Source of the DNA: Microthyrium microscopicum
Lineage: Eukaryota
Direction of reading: 5' to 3'
Assembly (NCBI GenBank): GCA_010405405.1
Contig: MU004243.1
Span: 181,340 to 245,339, forward strand
DNA: 64,000 bases
A model generated the notes under the pieces. It saw only the letters and a program-made list of their open reading frames with translations, was not told where the DNA came from and ran no database searches. The position numbers and the translations under genes are program-made. This document shows, piece after piece, positions 12,324-25,700 of this stretch (the first letter of the stretch is position 1; every line of letters starts with the position of its first letter).

Positions 12324-15300
12324 CTACCCCTGAGCATCATACAACGCACGAAACGCCGAAGTTCTATCAGACAGCAACTGGTCCGGTGGTCCCTGCTCGA
12401 TGATGTGGCCGTGGTTAAGAACCACAACTCGATCAAAATCAACAATGGTGTCAAGTCTGTGAGCCACTGCCAGGATAGTGTTGTCCTTGAAATCTTCGCG
12501 AATGATCTTCTGCATAGCTTTATCGGTGTCAATATCAACACTACTTTGGTCAGCCTGAAACAGTTCTTGAATAGGAGACGAGATACTCATACTTGCTGGT
12601 AAACTCATCGAGGATCAGTATACGGCTTGGGTTCAACAGAGCTCTTGCTAGACAGAAGAGTTGTCTTCCGCCATGGCTGAGCGCTTCTTCTGAATCTAAA
12701 CAGACATCCAGGCCACCCAAGTCTTGAAATTTTGACCATAAGCCAACTCGCTCGAGAACTTGTTTGAGTCGCTCATCAGGCTCACCGGTCGACATGGCGG
12801 TAATGAGATTCTCTCTCACCGTTCCACGTAGGAAGAATGGCTCTTGTGATAAGGCATTGAGGTTTGCGCGGACTTGATTGATTGAAATGGTGCTGATGTC
12901 CACCCCATCGACCAGTATAGCTCCGGCTCTAGCCTCCATGGTACGAAAAAGGAGACTTAGAAGCGAGCTCTTGCCACTTTTATGATTTAGCTAGTAGTCT
13001 TGACTGATATGCTACCAGTGGATCTTACCTTCCGCTGCGCCCACAGATACCAATCTTTTCGCCTGGGGCGATTGAGAGTGTAATATTGCGCAGAACCGCC
13101 GGAGAATCAGCTTCCGATCCATGACTTGCTGTCACATCTTTGATCTCAATTCCAGCAGACCGTACCCACCCTTCGGGGGCTTGAGGTGCATGATGAGGGT
13201 CTTCAGAAGGTGTCTCTTCGGAGAAAGACCTAATTCTCAAGATAGCTCCGATTGAAGTCTCGAGGCTTGTCCAAAAGTTGACCAGCCATTTCATCGCAGC
13301 CCCAAGTGACATCTACAACATATCAGGGCCTATTGATAGGAGTAGGAGGGACAGAACTTACCACATTGACGAGAGCTAGACCCAAGAGCCCAGGATTGAT
13401 CGAATGTCTTAGCTCAACGGCCAATACAGCCACTATGATTGCCAACACAGAAACTACCAGATCAAGCACCAAAGTCAACCAGCGCTGAATGGTTTTGAGT
13501 ATGAAGAATGGTCGTTGTGATGCTTGTAGAGCAGCAAGATTTTGACGTCGAAAATCTTCCTCCCAGCCGAATCCTCTAATAGTTGCCAGGCCAGCGAGTG
13601 TTTCAATGAAGTGTGTATATAGAGGTGCTTTGGTTTCCAGGTCGAGGAACCGAACTTGTCTCGAGGTGCGGAGATAGAACCTTTGAATGAACCAGAATGC
13701 AATGAGCATGAAAGGAAAGACGGGTATGAGATAGGCTGTAGCGACACCAATCATGATCATCTTGTATAGCACATTGTATGCGTACTCGACAGTATCGATT
13801 AGGTCCAGCGGGAGCTCACCGTCGATGAGACTGAGGTCTTGGCTAAACCTATTCGTCGTTTTCCCTGTATCATTGTTAGCACTTTGCGGCGTTGCGGAAT
13901 CTTGAGTCAAGAACTTGCCTGTGTCTGTGTTGCTGAAAAATTCCATGGTTGCACCCATCAACGCATCGAGCTGTATGTCATGCAGCTTGATCGACGAAGC
14001 TGACATAGGATAGATCAGGACATGCCAGATCCAGAGGCTGGTCAAGGCAATCTCGCCAACAAAAAATCCAGTGTAAACTCCAAGATAGCTTACGGTTTTG
14101 CTGCTATCGGTGTCACTTGCCCAAGCGTTAAGCCACAGAGTTTGTGCAGGAGTGAATCCCATGCAAATTGCTCCCAGTATCGCAAACAGCACCGAGTGCT
14201 TGTAGCCTGCGGTCTTCAAATAGTATTTCCACACTGTACCATCTCCTGTTTGCCTAGAAATATCTTGGGCGGAGGCATCGTTCACCATTACTGGATTGTG
14301 TAGAACAGGAGTAAAGTCGGTATGCTCCATCAGCTGTGCTTGTCGAGAAATGGTTTCCTCATTCAGGGAATCTGTAGCTGGAGTCTCTTGTAGCATGCGG
14401 CGAGCTATTAACTCCTTAGGAAAGGTTGACTGAGGACCCTGATACACAACTTCACCAGTTCCTGCTAAAAGAATGACTGTATCTGAAGCTGGGAGCCGAT
14501 GGACAGCATGAGTCGCTAGAATTACTGTCTGGGACTTATTTCTTAATATCCCATTGAATCCGAACAGACTCTGGAATATGATCTCCTCGGTCATGGGATC
14601 CAGACCACTAAAAATATCGTCCAAAACTACGACTGGCGAGCGAGAATATACTGCTCTTGCTAGGGTCTATTTGGAAGGGTAAGCTTGCAAAGTTCTAAAG
14701 CGGGTATCAGGGAAGTACAGGGACGTACAATTCGCTGCTTTTGGCCACCAGAGAGGGTAATCCCTTGGGAACCTATCAAAGTTTGATCGCCGGCTGTATA
14801 GTTTTTCAGGTCTTCCAGTAAAGCTGTGCCTCTCAGAACTGTAGTATACCATTGACTGTCGTATAATGAGCTCCCAAGTATGTTCTCTTGGATCGTTTTG
14901 TTGACGAGCCATGGCGTTTGAGCGCAATACGCAATGGCTGATGTCGAAGCCACTCTTATAAATCCCTTGTGCGTGATGGTTTCTCCAAGTAAGCTTTGTA
15001 ATAACGTTGATTTACCACTTCCGACCCTGTTTCAATTGTTAGTAGCTTGAACCTTATGACCAACAGGATACTTACGGTCCTATCACCATGGTAAATGATC
15101 CCGGGGTTATGTCAATAGTAAGTCCCCGGAGTACCGCGGTCTGTCTATCCCAACCAACGTGTAATTCGCTCGTGCTGATGAAATTAGAGCCTCCACGTAG
15201 CTCTTGCAGCTCCTGTTCATATGAGTCGACAAAAGCAGCGCTTGTTCTGCTCATAACCAGTCGATCATCTCTCTTGGTCTCCAAAAGTAGAAACTTTTCA

Positions 15301-17201
15301 ATTCTTCGAAGACAACCAAAAGCACTGGCAGTGGCGGGTATTTGTCGGAGAAGTATCTCCAGTCTTTCCATAAAAATGTTGAGAATTGCAAGAGAAGTAA
15401 ACAAGCGGTTGATTCCCAACGTTTTTGAAGAGGTGAAAAGCGCTATGATACCAAACACCGTGTATGTTATCCACCTTGTGCCGCTCAAGCTCAGAGTTTG
15501 AAGCACTGTGAAAAGAGCATAAAACAGTCTATACTTTTTTGCTTGTTGCACTTCTTGAAGTCGTAAGAAGCGAATCTTTTCGTGAATCTTTGGTACAAGG
15601 CCCATGATTTTGATGCCTTTCATAGACGAGATGACGGAGGAAGTGAATCCTACTCTTGCTTCCGTTGCTTCAAGCCACTTCTTCTGCCGTTTGATGTATG
15701 GACCAGATTGTGACGCCGTGAAGAATGACAAAGCAATGGAAAACACTAGTGGGGCGAGAAATCTAGTAAAAGTTAGAGTAAATCAGGTTTTATAATGCGT
15801 ATGAATTCTTACGTGAGTCCAAGCTGTCGATAGAGAAGGCCAAGTGCTACAATAGCCATGACTAGATTTGAGGAGGCTTCATGTATGAGTCCGAAACCTT
15901 TCACTATGTTTTCAACATCTGCGCTCATAAGCGTGAGACTTTCACCTCCAGAGGCTTCCTTCAAATCGAGCTTCAAAGTCTGGTTGTAGATGATGCTAAC
16001 CAAACAGCCGCGAAGCATTGTGACGAATCTGTCTAGCGAATTTGTGTATATCGCCGTGAATACAGCCAAGCTGACATAGACAATTGTATAGCCAAGAATA
16101 ATCAAGTTCCCAAGCTCTTGGGAGTCTTCAGACGAAACAAAGTCGAGAAGCGCGGTCACAAGGAATGGCTGGGCGAATGTCAGAGACATTACTACTAGAT
16201 TCGGAATCACTGGTCGAAGAAACAAACGCGTCAATGACAGTACTATAGTTCTTGGTAGTCGGTAGTTGGTAAAGTCGGATGAGGCTTTCCATTTTCTCTC
16301 AAATCTTTCAAGTGTCTTCTCCGAGGAAAGTTCCTCATCAAGTTGAAAAAGATCATTCAGTGTCAAGACTTTGCGATACCCTGTCTGGTGTTAGATACTA
16401 CAGTGTTTATATATATCGTGGGCCACTAAAATACCTTGAAGAAACAAGGAGTTCAACCACCAAAACACACTACGGTTGAATATTCCACCCGTTTCCTGTG
16501 GCGGACGTTCGGTATCTGGGGCAGAGAAGTATACAGTCTTGCTCTGTGCCTCTAGGAAGAGAAGGCTTGCTTTAGCTGCCATCGCTGCGGCCGAAATGGC
16601 AGTGACGATAGTGTCGACATTCATTTTCACCACTAGATTGTACACAATTAGCCATAAATTCGGATTGGGGTTTGTCATCCGGATTAACAAAGGTTACTTA
16701 CAAGTTCTCATTCGGACAAAATCGAGACCAATAGAGAGAAGAAGATAAACATTCAGCAGCGAGCTTGGTCGAATCGCGCGGGTGTGTTCAAGTTTAGAGA
16801 GTACCAAAATTGCCAATGATTCTAGCAAGGAAACAATTGCTGCTGCGATCGACCATCGAGTTTTTACTGATGACTGAAAGCTCCATATCAGTACAAGGGA
16901 GAAACGTAAAGCAACGAGGAGAAATAAATGCATCTGATAGCTGTCAGTCTAAGTATTCGTGCTGTTTTGGCTTGTCACTGACAGCTTTGACATGATTAAA
17001 GGAGTTTCCAGATATTATTTTTCTTGTTTTTCGAAGTGTGTTAGATCTAACAGTTGATGCCACGATCATCAATACTGCAGGAAGAAGACTGAGAATGCTT
17101 TCTTCGAAAACAAGAGTAAGATCTAGGCCATTGCGACAATGTAGTGAGGTTTTTGGACCAAAGGAATAGTCCTCTACACAAATTGAGCGATTCATACTCA
17201 T
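12324..17201 (-). CDS. ABCC/MRP-type ABC transporter (TMD0-TMD-NBD-TMD-NBD), multi-exon
   Basis: NBD1 has GPVGSGKS (split by an intron) and LSGGQKQR. NBD2 has GICGRSG.GKS, LSHGGRQLFCLARAL, ILDEFTS and AVAHRL. TMD2 has NRFSQD and RFYLRTSRQVRFLDLE. N-terminus MSMNRSIC..FGP. Confidence 0.92.
13865..13918 (-). other. 54-nt GC-AG intron in the ABC transporter gene, in-frame and stop-free
   Basis: GCAAGT...GCTAAC..TACAG. Removal restores TDTGKTTNRFSQD. Confidence 0.75.
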
Positions 17202-17941
17202 GAAGTCCAAGTGTCAGATTTCCTTCTAAGGCGAAAGCGGCCAGATATCTTCGGTCTAGAAATTCTGGATCTGGGCTCAAGACTGATTTATATCATTTAC
17301 GATGAACAGTAGCTACTGGCTAGCGCAACTAGTAACAATCAATCAAGACAATGGAAGAAGATCCTTTGACTCATAATCTTATCAGATTCAAGGAATGAGG
17401 ACTAGCTGCTAATGCAGCCTGGCGATCGACTCTTTGTAGCCAATTGTGGTTCGTAAACGCATCAAGGCTGCGGGGGTAGGCAGGCCTTAGGGCACTACTA
17501 CTAGGGAGTCCCCATGTTGCCTGGAAGGAAAGTAATGGCTCGGCGATATCGCAAGCATAAGACATTCGGTCTAAACTGACTAGTGCAAAGCCGAAGAGCT
17601 TAAAGCGGGATACAAGCTTATGCTTCAAATGGATACGGTGTGTGGGGTGTCAACTTGTCAAGTCTCTATATGGTTGCTTTGCGGCTCAAATATAGAAGCA
17701 GTAGTTTCGAGTACCTACCTAGGTAGGTAGGTATTTAGCTGTCAAACAGAGATAAATCATTGGAATGGAAATGCTGGGAAATTCACATAGCGTACAAAGT
17801 AGAATTGAAAACTCCATATACCTGTTCAATGATACAAGTGATAATGTTATTCCTAAAAAGGGCTCTGTAATGCTCTGAAATTACGAGTAGTAATCTTACA
17901 GCGAGTAATTGAAATTGGTATTTTCTACTATTGAAGTTCTT

Positions 17942-19340
17942 CTATTGTTTGTTGTCTGGCCTCTTGAAAGCAAAAACGTAGCCCATAAGTGCCATCTCCT
18001 CTGCTTCACCTCCGCCATGTCCAGCATGCACGCGGCTATGTATCGTTAGTATATTGGAACAAGAAAGCAAGCTTCATATAAGAAGTGTACACCAAAAATT
18101 GAGTTCAAAGACCTCTTTGAACTCATCCTTGGCAGTACAGTGGGTATGGCTCCGGGAGGTTTGATGAAAGTAAAGGTTCACTTACGGTGGATGCATATCC
18201 AAATCGAAAGAAGCCTCAATCTCAATACTATCGCCCTTCTTAACCTCAATAGGATCGTTGCATTCATGCATACCCGACAGAGCCGGATACTCTTTACCAT
18301 CATGAGTCTTAAACATGCCCTGGGCACCGTATTGTGCTTTGGAATCGCATGCGAGCTTGCCATTGACCTTTAGAAGCATACCAGTTCCTCCATCGTGCAT
18401 GTGTCCACGGCGCTGGATCATGTATCCGTCCTTGAGGATGGTGATTTGCTTGCTCTTCATCTCAAACGCCTTCTTGCCAGCGGGCGCAGAAAGGAACGGA
18501 TTTGGGATATCGTCGCATTGGTTGACGGACATGATTCCGACGGAGGTGTCCATGATATCTTTGGTGTCACCTGGGAGGTAGTCGACTTCGGTGACGTGGT
18601 AGATTACCTTGGGTTTTTTGGAGTAGTTGACGAGTTCTGCGGAGAGCATGACTTTGGAGTTTTTGCCTAGGAAGTATCCGCTATTGAATGTTCCGTCGGG
18701 CGAGGTGAAGAGTGCTGGTTGAGTGCCATCTGCTGCACTACCACCGAAGTAAGATCCGGGGATTTTAATGTTGTATTTTGGCTTGGCTGGATCTATCTTT
18801 CCACATTGGAAAAGAAGATCATTCATTTTGCCAATGTCGAAGAGTTGGACGTGGTGGTTGTAAACATCATTGCCAACGGTAGCGTATGTGCCGTCTTCAT
18901 ATTGAAGACTTGAGTTGGTTCGTAGAATGTAAGAGTCCTGGGGAAATCCTAGCAATGATGCCATGAAGGAGTTGCTGTTGGGATCCGATCTAAAGCCCTT
19001 TGCTTTCGCTGCCTACAAGGCCTTTAGCAAGTTACATTTTTAAAGTAGGTGGTGAGTCAAACCTCATCAGCAGGAAGCAAGTTGAGAGGTCCATGAAATA
19101 TCCTTATGTTTTTGACGCCTGGTCTTTTCATGGTTGATGTTCCATCTACGATCTTGAACGGCTTCATTTGCGTGGTCAACAGACCAGCGGCACCAGAAAT
19201 AAGACCTCCAATGTCTTGTCTCTTTTCTACCTCTTAGTTAGAATGATGAACATACTTTTGAGGCCAGTGATATGCGACTTACGAATGGTAGCTGCTTGGG
19301 CCGCCAATGGCGCGCCCAGAATGAGTGACTGCACCTTCAT
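17942..19340 (-). CDS. Secreted protein of unknown function with HH, HxH and late Met motifs (copper monooxygenase-like / SURNod19-like), 4 exons
   Basis: Spliced reading: MKVQSLILGAPLAAQAATIQKRQD (signal peptide plus Kex2 KR) ...YNHHV...GHMHDGG...CDSKAQYG...LSGMHEC...HAGHGGGEAEEMALMGYVF...KQ-stop. Confidence 0.75.
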
Positions 19341-21523
19341 GTTGACAGGACTGGCTAAAAAAAGTCGACAGAGATTGGTGTTGGATTTGACAAAGTAACC
19401 CGACTTCAATGCTTCCAAGATATATTATAAGTGCCCCTACCGGCGCAAAATTTCGACCGTTAACCATAATTATTAGCCCGCAGACTTGTGCCCACGGACT
19501 AATGACATTTGGCCTACAACAAAAGTTCCTCAAATCCGGGGATTATGATTTGGGTCAGCTAAATTGATTGGAAGAACGGCTACATAGAGTCTATATAGAA
19601 CCCCAGTATGATTGTTAAAGTCAAAATATCCTAGGGGCATGTGATATGAGGGCAAAGTGGCTTGAAGATACAGTTTGCTACCATCTGCAAGGCTATATGC
19701 AAACCATAGAGCCGAGCGTGGAGAGTACATTCAAGCTGTCAAAGGGTGCATTGTGGGGCTATAGTGCTAGGAGACTGTGAAGCCTGTCAGACATTGATTG
19801 ACTGTTATATAACTTACTTCAATAGCATTTCAGTCTGGTTAGTCAGTAAGTTGTGGTGTGTAATCCTCAATTCTAAACGTCTGCTCTTATAAGCTAGCCG
19901 GTGTACCAAAGCCCTGGAACTTGGATTCATAGCCATTTGTAAAGTTGTCTTTTAGTATTTTTTCACTTCTCGGTTTAGACCGGGGAAGTGATATGGTAGA
20001 GGGAACGATATGAAGCCTGTCCAGGGGATGTTGGAGTGTTCATTTTCCTCTCTAGGAGAGCTCCCTGTCTTTGTTTGGTCCGTGGACAACTTACATTTAA
20101 TCTGGTAGACATTTTCGTCAGTAAGGGCGACGTCCTATCGGATAGCGATGCTGTACTTTCCTACCTACAAGACAAACGTGACCAATGGTCTACTCATCCT
20201 CACAGCTATCGAGACATTCTGCACTTGTAGACTATTGTTGCTTCCGCATCGGCTTAGGAGAATTTCTCTATCTCTCCGTATTGCAAGCCTCCATGAAGAG
20301 TTCACAGCTGTTCTTGAAGTCCAGTTCTATCCTTGAACGTGATATTGTGTATTAGGCGTCGAAGTCAAAAGAGATCATGTCCCAAAAAAAAACCGAAAGA
20401 AAATTGGAGATAAAATGACTGCGAGTCAATGGGCTGAATCTTTCAAACAGCAAGGCTGATACACCACCGTCAGTTTAACAGTTATAGAACATGAGAATCC
20501 AGATTGCAGGCAGTCTGCAGGAAATCATGGCTCGACTAGTTGTGGGGATTGTCGATCTCCAATAATGTGTGGTTGAAAGGGGACATTTGATGATGGCGTG
20601 GCTGATGTAGATCGTGAACTCTGAAATCCAAACTGTTACACTGCAGATCGTGCTGTCAATACCTCGTGGAAAATGAAGGGTCCAGTCCAGACCCAGGGTA
20701 GGTACCGTAGAATACTAGCTTAAATTGTAGAAGAAAGGGACATTATTGAATTAAAAATGATTAGCGGTATCGTTGTGTTGAGAATATCGCTGCATGAGAA
20801 AAATGTTGGAGTTCAATCACGCAAGAATGGCGAGTTCAGAAGACTCAAAATAATGGTAGGAAATATCTCTCATGTAAATTTCCACAACAACACAAGTCCT
20901 CAGACCTCAAGGGGTGATACGCCTTGTCTACCAGGATTCTCAATGAGACTCTGGGCCAGTACTATTATACATGAAAGTTGAAGGTGATAATACAAACTAT
21001 CGCATCACCTTCGACCTTTTTCGAAACGGCGCAATATCCGTCATTAGACAAGAACAAATGGGGTATCACCCTGTTTACCAGGAGAAGAAAAACAAATCAA
21101 CAACAGCAAAATATAACAACAACGCTCGCTAAATAAACGTGTATGATGGGGGTTGGGAAACCAGTTCCGCAGGCACCCCGAAACGACTGTAGAGAAAATA
21201 AGCAATGAAGCTCTCCTCGGATCCGATTCGTATGTTTGGGCTCTGATAAGCCAGCTTCGAAAAGCCTTGAATAAGTCATGCGCTGGTTGCCGTGGTTCTT
21301 GATCTACAAGAAAAAGGCTGCCATACGTGCGACTTTTGTTAAGGCTCAGCTCCGGGGGGAGGAGAAACAAGGAAATAAATCAACTCGTTTTTTGTGTTGC
21401 TCTGCCGTATTTTATATATGGGCTATCAGAGTTTCCAGTGAAATATTGGACATGCCATGGAAGACGAATGTCATCCGTAGATTGTACGCAGAAAGAAATC
21501 CTTGAAATAATGGAATGTGACAC

Positions 21524-22723
21524 TCAACCGATCGCGCCGACCAGCCAGGGTGGAATTTGGACAGCGAGTTCAGCTACGTGGAAGGGAGTGCTGGGTGAGC
21601 TGTGAACAATTCTCGCGCCAGGAGTACATGACCTAGAGAAGAGTGGTGCTCGAATAACTGTCTCTGCTCGCTGTCTTAGTACAGGGGGTGGTGTAAGTGG
21701 AGAGTGGGAGGAAGATTCCACAGGCGAGAGGTTGATGGCAAGTGATTCTGGCTGATCGCCATCGGACACTATCTGAATATGCTGAGAATCATCACGATCA
21801 AGGTATTGATCGAAGTTGGTGAAATAAGAGAACTCTTCCATTGGGCTGGCCTTGGGCATCCGTGAAGGAGGAGTCGGTGGTGGGGAGCTCGAGGGGGGAT
21901 CATACGTCTCTGAGCTCGCATAGCCACTTGCATCACTCCAACGGCTTGGCTTTTGTCTAGGAGTGTGTTCAAGATCAGCAAAGAATGAGTCTGGAGACAT
22001 CAATGTCGGGTCCATATCGTAAGCTGGTGGAGTAGTAATTGTAAGAGACTCTCGTCGAGATTGAGTGGCACAACTCCAGTCCGAGAACCGACTTTCGAAG
22101 CTAGGACGCTGGCTATGTTGTGTGGCGCTGGATACCAAAACGGGTTCTTCATCCATAATCTTGGCTGGTGTTGGTGGCATCCTGGGAATGTTGGACACTA
22201 GACGGGTTTGGGTGAATTGGAACAATCCGTCTGCGTAGCTCTTCAGAGAACGTGTCGACACTTGACGCTTGGTAGGCGATACTGGAGATATTGGAAGTGA
22301 CTTGAAAATGATGTCAGCTGGAGGGCTCGGTACAGGCTCATATCCAGATCCGTTGAATTGAGCATTCCGTATTGGCCACTCGGTATATTCGGCTTCCGAC
22401 ACTGACAGTGCAGGTATTCTGATATCGTTCAACGGCGAAGGTTTGATTGTGCTGGTGGAAGGGAAAGCTAATGGGTCGACGTTATCTTTTGGAGACCATG
22501 ATGGAGTATCAACCGAGCATAATCTCCTCCTTCTAGCAGTGGCTCTTTCAGCTGCAGAGAAAAGCATATCAGCTTCCTCTTTGTTTAATGTAGCTAGGCC
22601 CACTGGTAGAGAGTTGCTTCGTTCGCGGCTGACATGCGGTCGTGATGGAGCCAGATATGTAGACCGGTATTGTCCTTGTGGCAAGGCTGGAATATCGAAA
22701 TTAAAACCAGAGAAATCCGACAT
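21524..22723 (-). CDS. Hypothetical Ser/Pro-rich, probably disordered protein (399 aa)
   Basis: Long uninterrupted ATG ORF with protein-like composition; no domain recognised. Confidence 0.75.
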   Translation of the reverse strand: MSDFSGFNFDIPALPQGQYRSTYLAPSRPHVSRERSNSLPVGLATLNKEEADMLFSAAERATARRRRLCSVDTPSWSPKDNVDPLAFPSTSTIKPSPLNDIRIPALSVSEAEYTEWPIRNAQFNGSGYEPVPSPPADIIFKSLPISPVSPTKRQVSTRSLKSYADGLFQFTQTRLVSNIPRMPPTPAKIMDEEPVLVSSATQHSQRPSFESRFSDWSCATQSRRESLTITTPPAYDMDPTLMSPDSFFADLEHTPRQKPSRWSDASGYASSETYDPPSSSPPPTPPSRMPKASPMEEFSYFTNFDQYLDRDDSQHIQIVSDGDQPESLAINLSPVESSSHSPLTPPPVLRQRAETVIRAPLFSRSCTPGARIVHSSPSTPFHVAELAVQIPPWLVGAIG

Positions 22724-25700
22724 GGTTGCGGCTGAGTGGTGAATCGAAACAATATGGGGTCGGGGTATTTTAAGGCACTGGATCTCTGAATGTAAAAGAG
22801 TGATGTAGTCTTGCAGTTATTTTAAAACAATGAGTGTTCAACAACTGCAAGGAAGGAGCGATGGAAGGGAAGACTTCCAGATCCCCAGCTGGGGAAGGTG
22901 TTGAGATGCTGGCCCTGCGATCAAAGAGTGATGATGAAGGACTGAAACTGAAGTGGAGCGAATCTCTGGTATATCAATCCGGCAGCTTGAGAATCAATAG
23001 CAAGCCTCTTACTCAATAATTGACGATCAGTAGAGGAGAGGGCTTGGTATGTGGAGAGCTACTTTTCAGTGGAAAAGACTGGTTGCGAGGCGCAATAGTT
23101 AAGAAAAGAAGCTTCCGCACACCGGATACAGGCGGACAGGCGAAACAAAACGAAACAACTGTCCAGGATGGAGAAGTAATATGAAAGAGTAGCAAAGGAG
23201 CGTCGTAGGCTGGATGGTTAATGAAGAGCGGCAACTACTGCACAACAGAGCTGCAAGGGAGAGAGAGAGACAGACACCAAGGACCAGAAACTGCACAAAG
23301 AAGGACGATTTGAGTGCAGGGAGAAGCTGGGCACACATGGATATTCATCTTGTTGGACAAACGAAACAACGAGTATTTTGCTACGCAGCTAAGAGTCTAA
23401 GCAAAGGTGCAGTGGAGTTCAAAAGGATGCAAGCACCTGACGGCAAGATCAGCATTGGTCGCTGGGATTGGGGACGTCATCCACGCATCACACCACCACG
23501 ACAAGACATCCTAGAACTCCAGAGGCAAAATCGTGGTAGAAAAGCCCGCTAAACCTTTGGATTCCCCTATGAATGGGTCCATGGCCGCGACAAACTAATC
23601 CACATATCAATCCACTCAGCCGGATAGGTTGCCGTGAACCGCTTTCTCTGACTGCAACTGCTCGATGCCTACAAGGCTACAACTTGCTACAAGGCTACCT
23701 TACGAAGTACTTGCCCAGGCCTGCATAACCAAACCTCTCCATAAACTTTGCCATGGACTTTTTGCTCATACTTTTAAGCATCAGAGACATGCAGCTCAAG
23801 ATTGGTCTCTCAACCAATGGGTTCGTGACATGGCAATCCTAATCTTACACACCAACAAGAAAATGCAGGTACGACCTCTACGGTCACCTCTGAACTACCA
23901 AGCGAGACAAGACCCGACGAGAAACTTGGTTTCCATCGGATAAACAATCTTCTTTTGGTATACTTTTTTATCAAACTGCCCGCGAGGCTGAGCCTCGTGA
24001 GACTTTTCACCTGTTCTTCTCGGTCTGGCCTACAGGGCAGCCTGGCAGGCCATGAATTGTCAACGTCGCAACCTGCGCAAAGGGCAACAGTTGGCGATGT
24101 ATTTTTCCTTCTTTTGCTTCTTTTAGAAAATCTACAAGGAACTCAACGCCACAAGCGTCACTTGTGCCACCATCTTGAGCAAACCTTGTACGCGTCTTGG
24201 CCAATTAGTGACGCGAAGAACCGCGTAAGGTCCATGCCCCAACCGACAGAAGTTCCAACATTCCAGGAGAGGCCTCGCCAGGCTTGCATGTACTGGTCAT
24301 TCGGCCACATAATAATAGGTGCCCTCACTAACTTCAATCATCCAGAATGGACAATTTCAATACTAATATTCGGCTGATCGAGGCCGCACACAATGCCGGC
24401 GGTGAAGAATTAAACCTTCAACAACCTGTGATGCGCCATTCGTTTTATGTGGGATACTTCTTTGACATGGGAGGTTCTTTGAAGTTTCATGTAACCTGGG
24501 TTTCGGTACTGATCGACGCTGATCTACGATGGTGTTCTGAACAAGAAGCTGCCATACCTACAATGATCGAACCAATAATATAAACCATCTCAAAATTCAT
24601 CCATGAATAGATCTTGATCACAAAAACCGTCGCAAGCAGAACGGAAGCAACGGAAGGCTGAGACTAACAATACAAAGAGCTCTAAAACCTGGGAGCTTAC
24701 GAAGCTAACAATCCGCAGCAACGGTAAAGCTAATCAGGTTCGCTAGGTGAGTCTATTCATGGGAATAATATGGATATCGAGCGCGGCGTACCCGCACCTG
24801 ACCTTTCGGCACACCGAAAATGTTCCTATATCCAGGGGCGTAGAAGCTAGAAGCCTTAAGGGTAAAGGCTGTTCGAAACTTGAACATTCCGACTACCCCA
24901 GATAAAAGCAATTCAACAGCCAGTCCGGCATTCTCGGCTTGGAAAGACGTTGGTCGCCACAAAAAACTTACAACCTCGGTCTGATCGATCATGCGCTCCA
25001 TCTCCTGCAGAAAGCGGCGTTGATAAAGCCATGAAGGTCATGCGAAATCAGCCCACACAAGCACAAAATAGGGTCAAAGAATGATAATGGCCCCCTCACA
25101 TGAGTATACTGGCTCTATCGCAAAGGATACGGGCCGTCGAGGCTAGAGTTGTTCGAACCTCAGTCGAATTGTTCACAGCAGAGTTCGGATATCGTAAGCG
25201 AGGAAATAGTTTCCCAATTTGGCGCTTATGGCAATGCTGCAACCATCCAATGACCTTTTCAAAGTGACTGGCAGCTGTCAGTGATGACCACGAGAGCCAG
25301 GGGAAACAATCGCTCAATCGGCGATGGAATGCATTTTCAGTCGATATGATACGGCATTGTATGTTTCAACCAGGGCTTATCTTTGTACTCTTATAGACGA
25401 TAGTCACTTTTGCTCAACAGTCATCGGTTGAACATGAATCAAGGTTTTGACGCACACTACTTCTGCAAGTTTTATGCATGTATGCACGGTTGATATTATT
25501 AGGTTGACAGGCTTGCCTTTGCATTTTTCTTTAGACGGTACCTAAATCCAGGAACACAACCACGCGAAAGCAATTATTCCTTGAGTGAACAGGAGCGGGC
25601 CGAAAAACCTGTTTAAAGCTACAGGGTGTGAATGTTACTTGGATTATTTTCCCCCATCGCAGTTCTTTATATGAGAAGGACTGTGAAGATCAAACCAGAT

